Origin: an uncultured Spirochaetia bacterium
Lineage (GTDB): Bacteria; Spirochaetota; JAHITG01; CAZBCL01
DNA: 64,000 nucleotides
NCBI GenBank assembly: GCA_964490645.1
Contig: CAZBCL010000013.1
Span: 182-64,181, forward strand
Direction: 5' to 3'
In this document: positions 20,834 to 31,322 of the stretch, one piece after another
How positions within the stretch are numbered: the stretch's first letter is position 1
Layout of the letters: each line of letters starts with the position of its first letter
Translations under genes and position numbers: made by a program
The notes under the pieces: generated by a model
The model's database searches: none
What the model was told of the DNA's origin: nothing
The model's input: the letters and a program-made list of their open reading frames with translations, nothing else

Positions 20834-21029
20834 GGCATCCTCCACCAATAGCCTTACAAAATATAAATATTATATATAATCTTATCGTAACTCTTCATCA
20901 CATGTCAACAGTCTTTTACATATATATTGTTATCCGCCGGCACCCACTATACTGCATTAATACTTTATAGGATAACCGCAAATAAAAATATTTCAATTTT
21001 TATTGTATTCGTATATACTTATATGAATT

Positions 21030-21740
21030 ATGCATGAAATAATTAAAAAAGAAATACTATCAATTCTGCAGAATATTCCTGACAAATGGAATACGTGGCG
21101 TAAAAACAATGCTGACAAGCTTGAATCAATACACCATGACTGTAATGGGCTTGATTTTTCACAATGTGATTTGTCGGGACTAAATCTATCAGGGCTCAAT
21201 TTCAGATGGGCGGTCTTCACCGGTGCATATTTAAAAAACACTGATTTCACCGACAGCATTCTCATTGAAACTCTTTTTGATAGAGTTAATGCTGAACAGG
21301 CGCTATTCATTAAAACCCGGTGCGATGAAATGATTGCCCGTGAAGCATTGTTTATTGATGCTGATTTTACCGACGCACAGCTTACCAATGCTAATTTTGA
21401 ACGTTCAATGATGAACGGCGCCCTCCTTCGACATACACACGCCGCTAATATCAATTTGACCGCCGGTGAATTATCCGATGCCGTCATTGAGGGGGCTGAC
21501 TTTACCGGAGCGGTACTCCATCAGGTTGATCTGACAAATACGGTTCTTATCAATACAAACTTCAGTTATGCAGAGATGACCGACGCGAATTTTATCCCGG
21601 TTGAAAACGAATCATTACGCGGTATTAATCTCACCGGTGTTAATCTGCTGAAAACACATATTCGCATCAGTTTGATAAAAGCAAAACGTTTGCACATCAA
21701 ATTCGATAAGTTCACCCGTTTCCCGGAAAATAAAAAATAA
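21030..21740 (+). CDS. Pentapeptide-repeat protein
   Basis: Long run of A(D/N)LxX pentapeptides (CDLSGLNLSGLNFRWAVFTGAYLKNTDFTDSIL ... ANFERSMMNGALLRHTHAANINLTAGELSDAVIEGADFTGAVL...). Confidence 0.8.
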   Translation: MHEIIKKEILSILQNIPDKWNTWRKNNADKLESIHHDCNGLDFSQCDLSGLNLSGLNFRWAVFTGAYLKNTDFTDSILIETLFDRVNAEQALFIKTRCDEMIAREALFIDADFTDAQLTNANFERSMMNGALLRHTHAANINLTAGELSDAVIEGADFTGAVLHQVDLTNTVLINTNFSYAEMTDANFIPVENESLRGINLTGVNLLKTHIRISLIKAKRLHIKFDKFTRFPENKK

Positions 21741-21789
21741 CCATCTCCTCGTTAATATACTTATTATCGTTTTTTAGTATAGTCCGATA

Positions 21790-23781
21790 ATGGAAGCAGA
21801 TATCAATATATTTTCAGGAGTTACAATCGTGTGGTGCAAACGAGTACCCCTTACCAAAATACAATGTATTAAACTTGGAATTATTCTTTTAATAACCGCC
21901 GCATGGATAGCAGTATTACCATGGCAGACAATACGTCTCATGCAGACTATACAGGATACAGTGCATACAACAGTACAAGTCGCTTTACAATCATTACAGA
22001 AAATTCCCGGAACGGGGAAAGCTTCTTTTGAACTGTGGGCGGCACATGTCAGCGATGCTGATCATAGTATACAATATATTATCGCCATTGATGATAATAA
22101 CCGCCTTGTCGTTGCCGGACACAATAATACTATTGATACTGAACAATTTGCGTTAATTAAAGAACATTTTATTATTAATCCTAAACCAATTATAGAAAAA
22201 CCGATAGCGGTACGATTACCGTTTTATCACGGAGAAAAAATCGTTCAAACAACTATGGTATACGATACGCAAATTACATTCGAAATCGGTTTTAATCACG
22301 CTATATTGTTTAAACCGATGCATTCTTTTCACGTCAGCTATGGTATTGTGAGTATTATTTTTATTTTCACGGTTTTACTATTTATATTCAAACTATATAA
22401 TGAAATTAAACATCCTGAAAACATGTCAAAAAAATCAGAGAAAACCGCGGATGCTTCAGTCAGTAATAATCCGATATCGCAGCATAATAATACAATACCT
22501 CCTGACGCCGCTCAGACAACCGTACGTACTCCTTCTGTTGGTCAATCAATTAATACTGAACAGCCAATCATTAATTTACAATACCGACCCCCCAATAGTG
22601 TCCGGGGTATTGTTTTATCATCCCCTGAAGTTAAAGCGGATACTGAAACAGTGTATAATAACAATACAGCACTATCTCGTGAAACACTGCCGACAACTCA
22701 AGCCCCCCCTGTTTCGAAGCCTCAATTTTTCACAAAACCCAATTCAAATTATATTTCTTCGTTAATGGATGAAAAGAAGAAACTTACCGAAGAAGTTGAA
22801 AATCTTTCCGCATATCGTGAAGTAGGATTAGCTATAGCCAGTATTCTTGATTTTAATGAAATGCTGCATACTATCCTTGAAGTAGTTCAGCATAAACTTG
22901 AAGTCAATACGATATATATTTATTTAACCGATGAACACGGACATTTCATCCCTGAAATAGCACGATGCAATGAACAAACACTCTCCCGCAGTGAATTAGG
23001 GAGCGCCCCCTTTCGGGATGATGCTATTCATGATGCATTAACCTATAATATGCCGGTACTGATATCCGATTCAGATGGTGAACAGGCGATACTCGCTCCG
23101 CTTTTAGTGAATAATACGACGATAGGCATACTTAAAATTGCAGATAAGAAAAAAGGCGATTTTGCTGATCATGACGAAGCATTAATTTCTTTACTGACAA
23201 CGCAAATATCATTAGCAATAAATAATGCACGCTTGTATGAAATGGCAATTACCGACGGTTTAACACATTTATATGTTCACCGGCATTTTCAACATAAACT
23301 AAAAGAAGAAATACTTCGTGCTCATCGTCAACAAACCCCGCTGACATTGATTATGACAGACATTGATCATTTTAAACGGTTTAATGATAATTACGGTCAT
23401 CAAACCGGTGATTATGTCTTGGCAGAAACTGCTTCTCTTGTTAGAAAATTTTTCAGAAATACTGATAGTGCGTATCGATACGGTGGGGAAGAGTTTGCTG
23501 TATTACTTCCCGATACTTCTCTTGAAACTGCATATCGTCTTGCTGAAGAGCTTCGTGAAGAGATTGCCGGTCATGTTTTCCATGATGACCATGGAAATGA
23601 TCTCTATGTTACCATCAGCCTCGGCATTGCATCATGGATACCTGAAAATCAAAAAGATAAATGCGAAGTTGACTATATCAGTAAAAAAATAATTAAACAA
23701 ACCGATGAATCACTCTATCAAAGCAAAGCAGCCGGGCGGAATTGTACAACCTGTTATAGTGAAATGGCCGTCAGCGCATAA
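21790..23781 (+). CDS. Membrane diguanylate cyclase: 2 TM + periplasmic domain + Pro/Ser/Thr-rich linker + GAF + GGDEF
   Basis: Active-site motif RYGGEEF with an RNTD (RxxD) I-site five residues upstream. A GAF-like block sits before it. Two hydrophobic helices flank a stretch of about 140 aa. Confidence 0.8.
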   Translation: MEADINIFSGVTIVWCKRVPLTKIQCIKLGIILLITAAWIAVLPWQTIRLMQTIQDTVHTTVQVALQSLQKIPGTGKASFELWAAHVSDADHSIQYIIAIDDNNRLVVAGHNNTIDTEQFALIKEHFIINPKPIIEKPIAVRLPFYHGEKIVQTTMVYDTQITFEIGFNHAILFKPMHSFHVSYGIVSIIFIFTVLLFIFKLYNEIKHPENMSKKSEKTADASVSNNPISQHNNTIPPDAAQTTVRTPSVGQSINTEQPIINLQYRPPNSVRGIVLSSPEVKADTETVYNNNTALSRETLPTTQAPPVSKPQFFTKPNSNYISSLMDEKKKLTEEVENLSAYREVGLAIASILDFNEMLHTILEVVQHKLEVNTIYIYLTDEHGHFIPEIARCNEQTLSRSELGSAPFRDDAIHDALTYNMPVLISDSDGEQAILAPLLVNNTTIGILKIADKKKGDFADHDEALISLLTTQISLAINNARLYEMAITDGLTHLYVHRHFQHKLKEEILRAHRQQTPLTLIMTDIDHFKRFNDNYGHQTGDYVLAETASLVRKFFRNTDSAYRYGGEEFAVLLPDTSLETAYRLAEELREEIAGHVFHDDHGNDLYVTISLGIASWIPENQKDKCEVDYISKKIIKQTDESLYQSKAAGRNCTTCYSEMAVSA

Positions 23782-23950
23782 TATTTGTTTTCAATATTAC
23801 AATAATACATACTCTCATTATATATTGCTCCTACTTTATTGATTTCAATATATACTCATTTCAACTATTGATATTTATTTTACTTTAGTATATATTCTCA
23901 GTTCAGGATAATTGCAGGGAAAGCAATAAAATTATGGTGGATATGTATTT

Positions 23951-24814
23951 ATGAAAAAGTTCTATTGTATTATTGTCATACTGATTATATGTATTATCAC
24001 TTCTTTTGCACAATCAATACAAGTCCCGTATACGTGGTCACAACCGATTATTGCTGAAGCAAACAGTGCCAATTATTACCCGTTTATGACAGTTTGTGAA
24101 AATCAAATTATACTTATTTACCAGCGTTTAACGAACGAAAACGCAACCATATTTTGTAAACGACAATCGCTCAATACACAAAAATGGTCAAAAAGTGAAG
24201 TTATCGGGTTTGATGATCATGGAGCACATAATCCGCATCTCATTAATAATGGTTTCACGAAACTTGCGGTTTTCTGGAAAACTCCTTCAGATAAAGGATA
24301 TCAAATAAAATACCGTGTCAGCACAGATAACGGCATGACCTGGAACGTCAAGCAGGAATTCAATCCCTTAAAAAACACACTTGTTGATTTTAAAGCAACC
24401 GGCATGAATGAAACGATGTATGTTGTTATGCAAACACTATCAAAAAAAAATGATATGTGGCAACTTTCATATTATGCTTCTTATGACTGGGGTAATTCAT
24501 GGACAGCCGCTCGACCGTTACTCAATGAAAAAAATAAGTTCTCATATGATATTGCACTTGATGCAAGCGGTATATACATTATTTACAGCAATAACGATGA
24601 AAAACGAATAACCCTACTGCATAATCAACTGCGAAAAAGAAAATGGAAAAAAGTATATAGTGAGAAAATAAATTTTAACTTGTATAATCCTGCTTTGTAC
24701 ATTTCTGATCGTATTCATTTAACGTATATTGCTCGTATCAGCAACTCATTATCATTACACTATACTTCCGCTTCCATCAATAAACCCTCCTTTGATAACG
24801 GATATCATTTATGA
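23951..24814 (+). CDS. Secreted BNR/Asp-box repeat (sialidase-like beta-propeller) protein, 5' portion of a probable split gene
   Basis: Signal peptide MKKFYCIIVILIICIITSFAQS. Asp-box motifs STDNGMTWN and SYDWGNSWT (SxDxGxTW). Overlaps the next ORF by 85 nt in a different frame. Confidence 0.55.
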   Translation: MKKFYCIIVILIICIITSFAQSIQVPYTWSQPIIAEANSANYYPFMTVCENQIILIYQRLTNENATIFCKRQSLNTQKWSKSEVIGFDDHGAHNPHLINNGFTKLAVFWKTPSDKGYQIKYRVSTDNGMTWNVKQEFNPLKNTLVDFKATGMNETMYVVMQTLSKKNDMWQLSYYASYDWGNSWTAARPLLNEKNKFSYDIALDASGIYIIYSNNDEKRITLLHNQLRKRKWKKVYSEKINFNLYNPALYISDRIHLTYIARISNSLSLHYTSASINKPSFDNGYHL

Positions 24815-25979
24815 CGGTTTAATTGAAATTGTTCAACCGTATTTTACTGCAACAACATATAAAAATAATATCGCTTGGCATAACCTCCACAACGGAAAAG
24901 AAGATATATGGATTGTCAGCAAACCCCATTCATCATTGAAATGGGGAAAGCCTGAATCATTTGTAAACTCCGGCGCCTCATATAATCCGAGTCTTGCTGC
25001 AGTGCGAGACCGCCTTATCGCTGTATGGGAACAAGTCGGCAAACAAAGTCGCGCTATTGTCAGCAGTGAATCAATACCACAAACACCCAATATTGTTATT
25101 ACCAGTCCCTCGCATCCGCTTGATAGACCAAGTAGTGCAACAGTCGTTCAATTACAGTGGTCTACCGATTTAGATGCAGATAAAATAGTCGGCTTCAGTT
25201 ATACCCTCGATCAACAGGAAAATACTTTTCCGAATATTATTGTTGCCGGTGCACATGAACATACAACATATTTTAAAAACCTCAATGAAGGACGGTACTA
25301 TTTTCATATTCGCTTACTCGATATCGCCGGGAATTGGAGTGATACTGTTCATTATCCGATTGATATGTATTACCGCCCGGTACTCGCGCCTGTGTTTGTA
25401 GACTCATCACATATGGAAAATCCAATCCACATAGAAAAAAATACGTATTTCACCTGGAAAGCATATTCTGACAACATCGTCGGTTACTCGTACTCTCTCG
25501 ATTCAAATATGGATACCAGCCCGATCAATACGATTCAATTACGAACAAACTATATCTCATTTCACGATTTAAAAACCGGATATTATGTCTTTCACGTACG
25601 GGCTTCGGATTCAAAAGGGCGTTGGAGTCAGACGGCACATTTCCCCTTCTGGATTCAAAAAATACCGGAACCGGCAGCAGTTGTATCATCAGAATCTGCT
25701 GTCTCAAGTAGCGCCTCCTCATCAACAGCATCAGATATCACAACTGAAAGCGGAGTTTCATTACCGCCGGTATCATCATCATCCGATTTACGTAAAGAAG
25801 ATATTGATCGTCTTGTTCGGGTTATTAATCGCCTTGCCCGTGAAATTTCCGATCTCAAACAACAATTAGTATCAGCATCAGCAGCTGAAGCTCCGGTTAT
25901 CCGAAATAAAATAGATCGTCTGCAAAAACAGCTTGATGAATACATTTCTTATTACCAGAATGTTTCACAAGGACAATAA
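24729..25979 (+). CDS. Propeller-like segment + two Y_Y_Y-type (Ig/FN3-like) domains + Ser-rich linker + C-terminal coiled coil; 3' portion of a probable split gene
   Basis: No signal peptide of its own. Its frame opens only at 24723, after a TAA. Two paralogous ~90-aa blocks (IVGFSYTLD...GRYYFHIRLLDIAGNWS and IVGYSYSLD...GYYVFHVRASDSKGRWS) resemble Y_Y_Y domains. The C-terminus is a heptad-like coiled coil. Confidence 0.5.
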   Translation: MLVSATHYHYTILPLPSINPPLITDIIYDGLIEIVQPYFTATTYKNNIAWHNLHNGKEDIWIVSKPHSSLKWGKPESFVNSGASYNPSLAAVRDRLIAVWEQVGKQSRAIVSSESIPQTPNIVITSPSHPLDRPSSATVVQLQWSTDLDADKIVGFSYTLDQQENTFPNIIVAGAHEHTTYFKNLNEGRYYFHIRLLDIAGNWSDTVHYPIDMYYRPVLAPVFVDSSHMENPIHIEKNTYFTWKAYSDNIVGYSYSLDSNMDTSPINTIQLRTNYISFHDLKTGYYVFHVRASDSKGRWSQTAHFPFWIQKIPEPAAVVSSESAVSSSASSSTASDITTESGVSLPPVSSSSDLRKEDIDRLVRVINRLAREISDLKQQLVSASAAEAPVIRNKIDRLQKQLDEYISYYQNVSQGQ

Positions 25980-26063
25980 TTTTCATCACCTTGACATAAA
26001 ACTTATCATTATTATATTTGTCTATATAGTAAGACATCAGTATCAGACACACAGGAGTACATT

Positions 26064-27578
26064 ATGAAAAAACTATCATTTATTACAAAACATAATATCA
26101 GCCTTCCGTTACTCTTGATAACCGTAGCATCAGTTGCAGTGCTTGCCGGTATTGTACTAAATTTTATTGCATTTCAACAGGGCTTCATGCATAGAAACAA
26201 TTCCGCTTTTCTTTCCGCAGATGAGCAAAACTCTCCGGGACTGCAAAGTGCGCTCTCATTACAGGAAGCGTTTAGAAATGTAGCCCATTCCATTACTCCG
26301 GCAGTTGTGAATATTTCTACCGAACACAAAGTATATCAGCAAAATCCATTCTATGATTTTTATAGTCATTTTTTTGAAGATGTCCCGCAATATCGGGAAT
26401 ATACTGAACAAAGCCTTGGTTCAGGAGTTATTATTAATAAAGACGGACATTTACTCAGCAATCTTCATGTTGTTCGTAATGCAACAAAGATACAGATAAC
26501 CTTATATAATAATAAAAAATATGACGCTCAAGTTATTGGTGTCGATGAAAAAACTGATTTAGCATTGCTTAAAATTATAACAGAAAAAAAAGAATCATTC
26601 CCTTTTGCGAAACTGGGCAACTCTGATTTTGTTGGTGTTGGTGACTGGGCTATTGCAATTGGAAATCCGTTTGGATTGAATGCTTCATTTACCGTTGGTG
26701 TTATCAGTGCGACACATCGACGTGATGTCGGGCTGGCACAATATGAGAATTATTTTCAGACCGATGCTTCAATCAACCCCGGCAATAGCGGCGGGCCATT
26801 GGTAAATATCAAAGGTGAAGTTATTGGTATTAATACTGCCATTGCCAGTCCGACCGGTGCTAATGTAGGTATTGGATTTGCCATTCCGATTAATATGGCA
26901 AAACAAATACTTCCAGAATTATCAACAAAAGGATCGGTAACGCGGGGATACCTTGGCATTATCATTCAGCCGGTCGATGATACTATCGCTGCTGTATTAA
27001 ATATTAAAGCCGGTGAAGGACTTTTTATTCGAGAAGTAACCGAAGACTCACCGGCAAAAAAAGCCGGACTTGAGGCAGGAGATGTTATTATTAACGTAGA
27101 TAATGAAAACATCTCAACAGTATCGCAATTACAACAAAAAATTGCTGCATATAAACCGAACACCCGTGTTAAAATGATTATTCTGCATGACGGAAAAAAG
27201 AAAACCATCAAAGTGACTATTGGAAAAATGCCGACGGAAGAAAATATTATTGCACAAAATACCGATGAAACAATAAAGCCATGGAATGGCATAACCGTTC
27301 AAAGCGTTTCTCGTTCATTGCAGCAAGAATATAAACTTGATGCAAGTGATATGCATAAAGTCATTGTTATTGCAATCGACCCGAAAAGCAGTGCAAAGCG
27401 TTCTGATATTCAGCGTGGTGATATCATCCTCGGTGTTCTTGTTCACCAAAAAAAAATACAAATAAATTCACTCAATGATTGGAAAACCTTTATTAATAAA
27501 TATACATCAGGAACATCAATACTGTTATCCATTAAACGCGGACATAAACTAATGTATATACCGATTAGTGATAAATAA
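26064..27578 (+). CDS. htrA: Periplasmic serine endoprotease DegP/HtrA (trypsin domain + two PDZ domains)
   Basis: GNSGGPL catalytic serine block, the His and Asp context, and two PDZ-like regions. N-terminal TM/signal. Confidence 0.85.
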   Translation: MKKLSFITKHNISLPLLLITVASVAVLAGIVLNFIAFQQGFMHRNNSAFLSADEQNSPGLQSALSLQEAFRNVAHSITPAVVNISTEHKVYQQNPFYDFYSHFFEDVPQYREYTEQSLGSGVIINKDGHLLSNLHVVRNATKIQITLYNNKKYDAQVIGVDEKTDLALLKIITEKKESFPFAKLGNSDFVGVGDWAIAIGNPFGLNASFTVGVISATHRRDVGLAQYENYFQTDASINPGNSGGPLVNIKGEVIGINTAIASPTGANVGIGFAIPINMAKQILPELSTKGSVTRGYLGIIIQPVDDTIAAVLNIKAGEGLFIREVTEDSPAKKAGLEAGDVIINVDNENISTVSQLQQKIAAYKPNTRVKMIILHDGKKKTIKVTIGKMPTEENIIAQNTDETIKPWNGITVQSVSRSLQQEYKLDASDMHKVIVIAIDPKSSAKRSDIQRGDIILGVLVHQKKIQINSLNDWKTFINKYTSGTSILLSIKRGHKLMYIPISDK

Positions 27579-27658
27579 CTATACGATAGTACTACGCTTA
27601 TACATTTTTTGTTCCTGCCGATTATATAATACGAGTAGTATAATTATCAGGAACCGAA

Positions 27659-29044
27659 ATGGCGCAGCGTACAACATCATTACATCGGAAATCATCTATT
27701 CAGGTAAAAGGAAAAAGAAAGAAAAAACGCCGCAGAAAGAAATCAACTGCAACAGCATTTATTCTTTTTCTTGTTATTCTAACCGGAATTGCACTCTATG
27801 TCGATCGTCAATTAACTCGTCAAAAGTTCCCTTTAGAAATTATCGACTCTGCTCCAACTGACGAATATATATTCATCACTCCTCCTGATGAAAAAACACT
27901 GCAATCTCCGGGACCGTCGCCTACAGTCTCAGATCGTACAAGTACAAAGCCCTCGGGAATATCATTGGAAAAGCGAAGTCGTGATTTGGCCGCATCAATT
28001 AAACTGCAGCTTATTAAAAACGGTATCACTGTAACCGGTATTAAAGAAATGCAGTATACATCACGTGCTATACCATATTATATCATTAATGCCCAATTAT
28101 CAAAAAAGACTCGCTTTGAATCGGTATTATTTAAACTGAAAAAAATACTTCGGTTTTCTGATGTACGTGAAGTTAATCGACAGGGGGAAAAAACGACATC
28201 AGAAATTACTTTAAAAATATGTTATGCGTATCAGAAAACAGCCCTCTTATATCTCAATCTTCACCGTCCACTATTAATAAATAAAAATGATAAACATGAA
28301 TACTTACAGCCGATAACTGACATTGATAAACATAATGAACAAATACCGGCAAATAATAGCCGTCGTCCGAAAATTGCTATTGTTATTGATGATGTTGGTA
28401 CAACGACCCCTCTCTCGGAAAAGTTTTTTACCCTGCATGCTCATATCACCTTTGCGATTATGCCTGACGGTCCGCAGGCAACAGAAACTGCACGACGCTT
28501 GCCGGGATTAGGGTATGAAGTTATTCTGCATCAGCCGATGGAACCGAAGAATTATAAAGAACGAGGAATCACTGTTGATCCTATAGCAGAATATTACTTC
28601 ATGACCCATGATTCCCCATCACAAATTCAAGAAAAGCTGGCTCGTGATTTACAAATAGTGCCAACCGCAATAGGCTTTAATAATCATCAAGGGTCTGCTG
28701 CAACAGCCGATATTAATATTATGAAAGCTGCAATGATTGCTGCACAATCACATAATTTGTATTATCTCGATAGCCTTACAACACCGGATAGTGTTGGAGC
28801 ACAAACAGCACGTGCATATGGTATTCCGACGGTTAAACGCGATATTTTCCTTGATCATACTGACACCGAAATTAGTGTTGAATCGCAATTGGAATTACTG
28901 ATACAACGGGCAGAAAAGAACGGTTATGCTGTCGGTATAGGTCATATTACGAAGGAATCTACCTATAAAGTATTGACCCGTTATCTGCCGATAATAAAAG
29001 CACGAGGTATTGAACTCGTTTATGCATCAGAACTTGTACATTAG
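27659..29044 (+). CDS. Membrane-anchored divergent polysaccharide deacetylase family protein (YibQ-like)
   Basis: Basic N-terminus plus one TM helix. The C-terminal ~230 aa (PKIAIVIDDVG...HQGSAAT...GIGH) match the YibQ/divergent polysaccharide deacetylase family. Confidence 0.6.
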   Translation: MAQRTTSLHRKSSIQVKGKRKKKRRRKKSTATAFILFLVILTGIALYVDRQLTRQKFPLEIIDSAPTDEYIFITPPDEKTLQSPGPSPTVSDRTSTKPSGISLEKRSRDLAASIKLQLIKNGITVTGIKEMQYTSRAIPYYIINAQLSKKTRFESVLFKLKKILRFSDVREVNRQGEKTTSEITLKICYAYQKTALLYLNLHRPLLINKNDKHEYLQPITDIDKHNEQIPANNSRRPKIAIVIDDVGTTTPLSEKFFTLHAHITFAIMPDGPQATETARRLPGLGYEVILHQPMEPKNYKERGITVDPIAEYYFMTHDSPSQIQEKLARDLQIVPTAIGFNNHQGSAATADINIMKAAMIAAQSHNLYYLDSLTTPDSVGAQTARAYGIPTVKRDIFLDHTDTEISVESQLELLIQRAEKNGYAVGIGHITKESTYKVLTRYLPIIKARGIELVYASELVH

Positions 29045-29119
29045 ATACAATTTTGCATACGTAATATATACCTTTACTTATATATAAAATGTGTATATTT
29101 TATTTCAAGGAGGCCCACA

Positions 29120-30154
29120 ATGGGTAAACGTCAATTTTTAATACTTTGCAGTGTATTGTTTATTTCATTTATGATTTTTCTTATTTCCGCACCATTATGT
29201 GCTGAGCAAGGAAATCGTACCCCGCGGCTTATTTATCGGAATGAACCGCCGAAACAATATGCCGGTGAGAATGACTATCCGATTATTACAACAAATACTT
29301 TAGTTGATTTCGGAAACCTTCCCGAAGATACTGCTATTGATTCTGACAATTGGCGCATTGAACTCTCCGGTATGTCTGATACACCGCAGGGTTATCAATT
29401 CAGTGATGTAAAAATTGTTAAAATTCAAAATCAGGAAGCTTTGGCATCTAATCTTCCTGCAAATGAACCGACATTTGAACAATGTATGGGAATACGGGTT
29501 CACTTTGATAAATCATGGAACAATGATTGGGCACGAATTCATCCTTTACTGCCGGTATCTGATTTTACCCGTATGGATAGAACCGGTGAACAACCGACCG
29601 GTATGCTTGAAGCCGTTGGCACTATTCGTCGTGTAAGTGCATTAGTTCGCGGGTTAAATTATAAACATGCACTTGAAATTCGTATGAAAAATGAAAAAGG
29701 CGATTATTATAATGTCTCTATGGGGTCATTATATTATCCGGGTTGGAAACGTATCATCTGGAGTAACCCTGATTATATTTTTGATATTACAAAACGCGGT
29801 GTTGTTAAAAAACCTCTTTATCCGCAATATGCCCCGTTCTTAAAACTTGATTCTCTTGTTGTATACAAAGCTCCGGGGGAAATTGGCGGTGATTTCACAT
29901 TTTATATTAAAGATATTCGCGTTGAATATGAAACATATCCAATGCGAATGCTTGAAGATATTGAAGATGAAGATGTCTGGGAAATTCAGTATAATAATGC
30001 TTCAACCGATCTTGAGCATCAAATCAATATTCTTGAATATCAATATGATGGTTCATCTATTCCGCCGGACCGTTTGGAAACATACAAAAAAAGCATGTAT
30101 GATGAACTTAATCAAACAAAAGATAATACCAGCGATAATAATACATCTCAATAA
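29120..30154 (+). CDS. Secreted hypothetical protein (344 aa)
   Basis: Strong RBS GGAGG 8 nt upstream. Signal peptide. Acidic, Asn/Ser-rich C-terminus. Confidence 0.5.
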   Translation: MGKRQFLILCSVLFISFMIFLISAPLCAEQGNRTPRLIYRNEPPKQYAGENDYPIITTNTLVDFGNLPEDTAIDSDNWRIELSGMSDTPQGYQFSDVKIVKIQNQEALASNLPANEPTFEQCMGIRVHFDKSWNNDWARIHPLLPVSDFTRMDRTGEQPTGMLEAVGTIRRVSALVRGLNYKHALEIRMKNEKGDYYNVSMGSLYYPGWKRIIWSNPDYIFDITKRGVVKKPLYPQYAPFLKLDSLVVYKAPGEIGGDFTFYIKDIRVEYETYPMRMLEDIEDEDVWEIQYNNASTDLEHQINILEYQYDGSSIPPDRLETYKKSMYDELNQTKDNTSDNNTSQ

Positions 30155-30182
30155 TATATCATAGGATACCAGAAGAGAAGAC

Positions 30183-31196
30183 GTGAAAATCCTTGGAATT
30201 GAAACATCATGTGATGAAACTGCTGCGGCGGTCGTTGAAAACGGCCGCCGCATTATATCATCACTGGTGTCTTCGCAAATTGATTTACATAAGAAATATT
30301 ACGGTGTTGTTCCTGAACTTGCATCACGTAAACATCTTGAAATCATTAACCCCCTTATTAATGAATGCCTCACCAATGCACAGCTGACATTCAATGATAT
30401 TGATGCAATTGCAGTGGTTAATCGCCCCGGTCTCGTCATCGCTCTTATTATCGGTGTTTCAGTTGCAAAATCACTGGCACAAGCAGCACACCTCCCACTC
30501 ATTGCAGTAAATCATTTAACCGCCCATTTATACGCAGCACACATGACAAATACTGTCAAATACCCGGCAATAGGTTTACTCGTTTCCGGCGGACATACGC
30601 TCCTCATGTCAGTGGATAAGAGCTTCAATATAACCGTTTACGGCACAACCGTTGATGATGCCATCGGAGAAGCATATGATAAAATCGCTAAATATTTTAA
30701 ACTTGGATATCCCGGAGGTCCGGTAATTGATAGGATTGCCGCTCGCTTTCGCGGTAACCCGAAATCAATTATGCCTTTTACCCCACCGAATATGAAGAAT
30801 AAAGAACAACGCCGATATTGTGTCAGTTATAGCGGTTTAAAAACCGCTACAACATTTTATTCTAAAAAACACCCGGAAATACCACCGGGAGATATGGTTG
30901 CTGCATTTCAATACCATGCAATCAATATGATATATTCTAAAGCACTCCTGCTTGCTCGTGATCTTAATATCCCACGAATTATTATTGCCGGCGGTGTTGC
31001 CGGAAACTCTTATCTTCGGCATCTTTTTAATACTAATCCTGATATAACCGCATATTTCCCCCCACACGAATTGTGTACAGATAATGCTGCAATGGTTGCC
31101 GGATATGGGTATGTGTGTGCACAAAAAAAGGAATGGGCTGATATGACACTGAATGCGTATGCACGCAGCAGCTTTTCAGTTCGATACACATTGTAA
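30183..31196 (+). CDS. tsaD: tRNA N6-adenosine threonylcarbamoyltransferase TsaD (Kae1/YgjD family)
   Basis: GTG start. MKILGIETSCDETAAAVV is the canonical TsaD N-terminus, and the HxxxH metal-binding region (NHLTAHLYAAHM) is present. Confidence 0.85.
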   Translation: MKILGIETSCDETAAAVVENGRRIISSLVSSQIDLHKKYYGVVPELASRKHLEIINPLINECLTNAQLTFNDIDAIAVVNRPGLVIALIIGVSVAKSLAQAAHLPLIAVNHLTAHLYAAHMTNTVKYPAIGLLVSGGHTLLMSVDKSFNITVYGTTVDDAIGEAYDKIAKYFKLGYPGGPVIDRIAARFRGNPKSIMPFTPPNMKNKEQRRYCVSYSGLKTATTFYSKKHPEIPPGDMVAAFQYHAINMIYSKALLLARDLNIPRIIIAGGVAGNSYLRHLFNTNPDITAYFPPHELCTDNAAMVAGYGYVCAQKKEWADMTLNAYARSSFSVRYTL

Positions 31197-31322
31197 GATA
31201 GCATACCATATTATTAATGCTGCCGTCATTGGCAGTGCACAATAAAAAATATAAAATGCATGACCTTACTTTACGTTATACTATGCTCTCAATACTGCTG
31301 TTATTGGCAGCACGGTTATTGC

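Noticed and set aside
20993-21487. 164-aa minus-strand ORF overlapping the pentapeptide-repeat gene
   Set aside because: Antisense to a well-supported pentapeptide-repeat CDS. Cys/Ser/Arg-rich low-complexity translation typical of a shadow ORF.
25525-25945. Minus-strand ORFs (68, 96 aa) and a plus-strand 94-aa ORF inside the Y_Y_Y protein gene
   Set aside because: Shadow frames of a coding region: Arg/Ser-rich, no RBS or start context, and no domain resemblance.
27619-27662. Long imperfect inverted repeat GTTCCTG...CAGGAAC between htrA and the YibQ-like gene, considered as a terminator or attenuator
   Set aside because: 7-bp outer stem with a ~30-nt poorly paired interior and no clear U-tract on the correct side. 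It overlaps the start of the downstream gene. Too weak to call.
29120-30154. Wondered whether the 344-aa secreted protein could be a spirochete FlaA-type flagellar sheath protein (similar size, Sec signal, nearby Maf gene)
   Set aside because: I cannot recall FlaA sequences reliably enough to support this. No other spirochete-specific markers are evident in the window. Left as hypothetical. A PF04620 HMM search would settle it.
30481-30500. TGGCAC-containing segment considered as a sigma-54 -24/-12 promoter (the window encodes an NtrC-type activator)
   Set aside because: It is inside the tsaD coding sequence and lacks a proper TTGC -12 element. No convincing sigma-54 promoter was found by eye. 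A pattern or PWM scan is needed.
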